A stretch of 62,143 nt of DNA, taken from contig JAGMCF010000110.1 of assembly GCA_023129415.1 (NCBI GenBank), forward strand, positions 1 to 62,143, read 5' to 3'. The notes beneath the pieces were generated by a model. It was not told the DNA's origin. It did no database searches and was given only the letters and a program-made list of their open reading frames with translations. Positions within the stretch are counted from its first letter, which is position 1, and every line of letters starts with the position of its first letter. Shown here one piece after another: positions 59,156 through 62,143 of the stretch. A program made the translations under genes and the position numbers. The stretch comes from Candidatus Cloacimonadota bacterium (lineage in GTDB: Bacteria; Cloacimonadota; Cloacimonadia; JGIOTU-2).

Positions 59156-62143
59156 TCAACGAAGCAAAACCATTTTTTTTATGTCAATAAAATCTCCAAT
59201 TTGAAGTTTATAAAAGTAAACTCCATTTGGTAAAAGTTTTCCACTTTCATCTTTTCCATCCCAGACAACCTTTGTAAGTTCGGATTGCGGATTGCGGATT
59301 GCGAAATGTCTCACAAGCTGTCCTTTGACATTATAAATTTTTATCTCTGTGTCCTCTGGGTCTCTGTGGCAAATAGAAAAAGAAATCGTAGTAGAATTGC
59401 TTAAAGGATTTGGATAGTTACTATATAATAAATAATCGCTTATCTGATTAACCTCTTCATCAACAGCAATATAGCTATCAGGAGGATCTGTAGTAAATTT
59501 TATTGAAAGATTATCTTGCAAAGGTGTAGCACTTTGAGGGTAGATATTACAATAAGTATAAAGCAATCCATCTGATTGGTCTAAATTCTCTATTCCAACA
59601 GTTGCATAATTATTATTTGCATCAGGATTGTTTACAGTATGATAATTGAACTGAATCTCACCATTGCCATCATCTGTAACATAAATTGATGGATCGTATA
59701 GAATTATCTCAAATTTTTCAATAGAAACATCATCATATCGGTTATAACATTCATTCCATTCTATGATGAAAATATTTTCACTTTGATTATAATAATAACA
59801 TATTCTCATATTTTTATGATATATAGTATCACCAATAGTATATCGCTCTCCAATCAAATCATCCCAATATGCTGCAACCATTGCATAAGGACCTAATGCA
59901 GAGGGAATATTCCAATTGCGGAAATTTGTCATCCAGGTAGTTTCAAAAGATATCCATCCATTTGAACATATTGTAATACTATCAAAAACCTGGTCGTAAT
60001 ATATAAAATTAAATGGCAATCCTATTGTCCTTGAACGATCATCACCTAATAAAAACACCTGTCCACTACCACCCTCATCAGGATCAATTTCATACCAATT
60101 ATATTCTGGACATTCATCATATTCAGTATCATAATTATCATAAGCAAAGTAGCCAAAATTGTCTGGACCAGTTGGTGCTGTACTATCTACCAGACCGATT
60201 TCTAATGAAAAATAAGCCAAAGCAACCAAACCATTTTCATCAATAAATGAAATGATAAAAGGAATATTTCTTCCAATATAACAATCTGGTTGGACTTGAA
60301 CAGTAAAATTGCCATCACCTATTTCATTTACAAGAATATCTCCAAAATTACCTATAGAGTCATTTACTGTAACAGAATTGCTTGAAGATCTTAATGTTCC
60401 TATTAGATTCGTTGCATCTACAGAACCAATATTTTTAATAGATACTGTAATTTCTCTCTCCTCACCTGGTTCCAAAATACCATTTGCATCATTCACAGTA
60501 ACATCCTTTATTTCAAATATTAAAGAACTAACAAGTAATTCAAATTTTGCTGTATTACCATCAGATATTGAAAGGGTAAATTCCAGAATCTCATTATCAG
60601 GACAATTTGGTAGAATCTCAAATTGAAAATTCTCCGTAACTATTTCACCCGGATTTATATCTCCATAATTTACAGTTTCAGAAATAATATCAACAAATTG
60701 ATTATTAGTATGCAGCTCTGCAGAAATAGAATTTGCTGTTTGTGTACCATAATTTTTCAAACTAACTGAAAGATTAATAAGATTTCCAGGATTAACCTCT
60801 CCATCACATTGATATTCATATAATCCTATATCTACTGATTCTGAAACTACATTTATTGTATCAATATAAGGAATATAATTAGGTGAGGTTATTGTTACTT
60901 CAATTTCTCCCTCTGTTTCTGGGTCTAAATAAAGCAAAGCATAACCATTATCAATTACTTCAACATTATAGAACTCTCCATCTTTTCTTGCAGTTACAAT
61001 TCCTTCATTCAGATTTGAGAAATTTAATTCAATATAGTTTGTTCCTAAACTAACCTCATCTGGTAAAGTACAAACTATTTCTTCAGGAATCTTTGTCCAC
61101 ATTGAAAGAGAAGGGTCACCTAAGATATTATAAACATGAAAATAGAATTCTACATTATCACCCGGTCCTTGATTAAGAGGAAAATTATTATATAATTCAA
61201 TCTTTCCTCTTAAAACTGCAGAACCAAAGGAAAATATTTCTTCATCTAAAACTCCATAATAGAATCCTGAAAAGATTGAATTATTGTATTTTGTGCTTGT
61301 ATATAAATCAGAAGGACCAATAAAGACAACCCCACCATTAGGGGTACTTGGTGTTCCGAGTCTAAGCCATGCTTCACCAAAGCAAGGGTTAACAAGAGTG
61401 TTTGCAAAATCCCCTGTATTACAAACAAATGAAGTCATAATAGGAAGATATAAGCCATTGTTGATGTCTATCATATCTTCAATATGGAATTCTGGAAAAT
61501 GCCAACCATTTGCATCACCCCACCCTCTATAGTTTACAAATCCAACTCCATTGTTTATAAAGGAAATAATTTCGGAGGTTCCAGGATAAGTTGGGGGATA
61601 AAATACAGTATCTACCTGTGTATAACCATAATTAAGCATTTTCTCCCGAAGCCAGCGGGAAACCTTTACTGGTGTGGTCGGAGTAGGTGGGGATGAGCTA
61701 TAATTACCAGCAACTAATAGAGCTCTTGTAAGCCAATCTGGTTCAGCAATATATGGAGTTTTTTCATAAACAAATATTTTATTAATAATTGAAATTAATT
61801 GAATAATTGAAACAATTGAAATGCGACCTACAATCATTTCTGGGAAATAGTCATTTCCTTCCAAAAGTGTATATGGATGATCAGAAACATTACTTTCGGC
61901 ACCAAAATAGAAAGATGGAAGAGCAAAACCACCACTAACATCTCCAATTAATAGTAGATAATCAGGTGGCTCATCAGAAGTGTTGTAAATATTCTGAATA
62001 TAACTTTTTATCTCAGAACTTGTATTCCCAGTTTCATCAAGAGTAGCAATTGTGCATGAAATCCCTTTTGCTTCCTTCCAATCAATGAAATCAGTGATCC
62101 AACCTTCAAGGATTGAATTGCAAATGATTAGCATTTTTGATGG
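59156..62143 (-). CDS. Peptidase C25 (gingipain-like) protein with FlgD-Ig C-terminal domain, 5'-partial
   Basis: YLLLIGD, VGRIS, NYRGWG, FVCNTG and LGDPSL motifs; frame is open to the window edge. Confidence 0.88.
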   Translation of the reverse strand, partial: PSKMLIICNSILEGWITDFIDWKEAKGISCTIATLDETGNTSSEIKSYIQNIYNTSDEPPDYLLLIGDVSGGFALPSFYFGAESNVSDHPYTLLEGNDYFPEMIVGRISIVSIIQLISIINKIFVYEKTPYIAEPDWLTRALLVAGNYSSSPPTPTTPVKVSRWLREKMLNYGYTQVDTVFYPPTYPGTSEIISFINNGVGFVNYRGWGDANGWHFPEFHIEDMIDINNGLYLPIMTSFVCNTGDFANTLVNPCFGEAWLRLGTPSTPNGGVVFIGPSDLYTSTKYNNSIFSGFYYGVLDEEIFSFGSAVLRGKIELYNNFPLNQGPGDNVEFYFHVYNILGDPSLSMWTKIPEEIVCTLPDEVSLGTNYIELNFSNLNEGIVTARKDGEFYNVEVIDNGYALLYLDPETEGEIEVTITSPNYIPYIDTINVVSESVDIGLYEYQCDGEVNPGNLINLSVSLKNYGTQTANSISAELHTNNQFVDIISETVNYGDINPGEIVTENFQFEILPNCPDNEILEFTLSISDGNTAKFELLVSSLIFEIKDVTVNDANGILEPGEEREITVSIKNIGSVDATNLIGTLRSSSNSVTVNDSIGNFGDILVNEIGDGNFTVQVQPDCYIGRNIPFIISFIDENGLVALAYFSLEIGLVDSTAPTGPDNFGYFAYDNYDTEYDECPEYNWYEIDPDEGGSGQVFLLGDDRSRTIGLPFNFIYYDQVFDSITICSNGWISFETTWMTNFRNWNIPSALGPYAMVAAYWDDLIGERYTIGDTIYHKNMRICYYYNQSENIFIIEWNECYNRYDDVSIEKFEIILYDPSIYVTDDGNGEIQFNYHTVNNPDANNNYATVGIENLDQSDGLLYTYCNIYPQSATPLQDNLSIKFTTDPPDSYIAVDEEVNQISDYLLYSNYPNPLSNSTTISFSICHRDPEDTEIKIYNVKGQLVRHFAIRNPQSELTKVVWDGKDESGKLLPNGVYFYKLQIGDFIDIKKMVLLR

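Overview
AT-rich bacterial chromosomal segment; the gene content (C25 gingipain-like protein, FlgD-Ig C-terminal domains, kdsB, lnt) suggests Cloacimonadota or a related FCB lineage (inference). The backbone is housekeeping: fabH-fabD-fabG-acpP-fabF-rnc, lpdA, rnr, yicC, tRNA-Thr(CGT), tmRNA, an amidase, polA, a larA-like gene, RNase P RNA, recJ, lnt, kdsB and tldD/tldE. A defence island at 41.5-50.8 kb holds MNT-HEPN, a type III-like res/mod pair split by an ATPase-TOPRIM gene, a Bro-N gene and type IIG R-M relics. The main unexplained signal is non-coding. (1) A five-copy element with a conserved ATGAAA..hairpin..CACAAAGGAGCATGAAAAT head sits at gene starts; its best-preserved copies end in an RBS-bearing tail directly on the host ATG. 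(2) Nested mini-palindromes insert without target duplication into each other, into RNase P RNA, into CDSs in frame and into orphan CRISPR-like repeats. (3) Two cargo cassettes are bracketed by alternative 3' ends of a host gene (fabD and a type IIG R-M gene). No transposase, integrase or cas gene is present. All alignments were done by eye.
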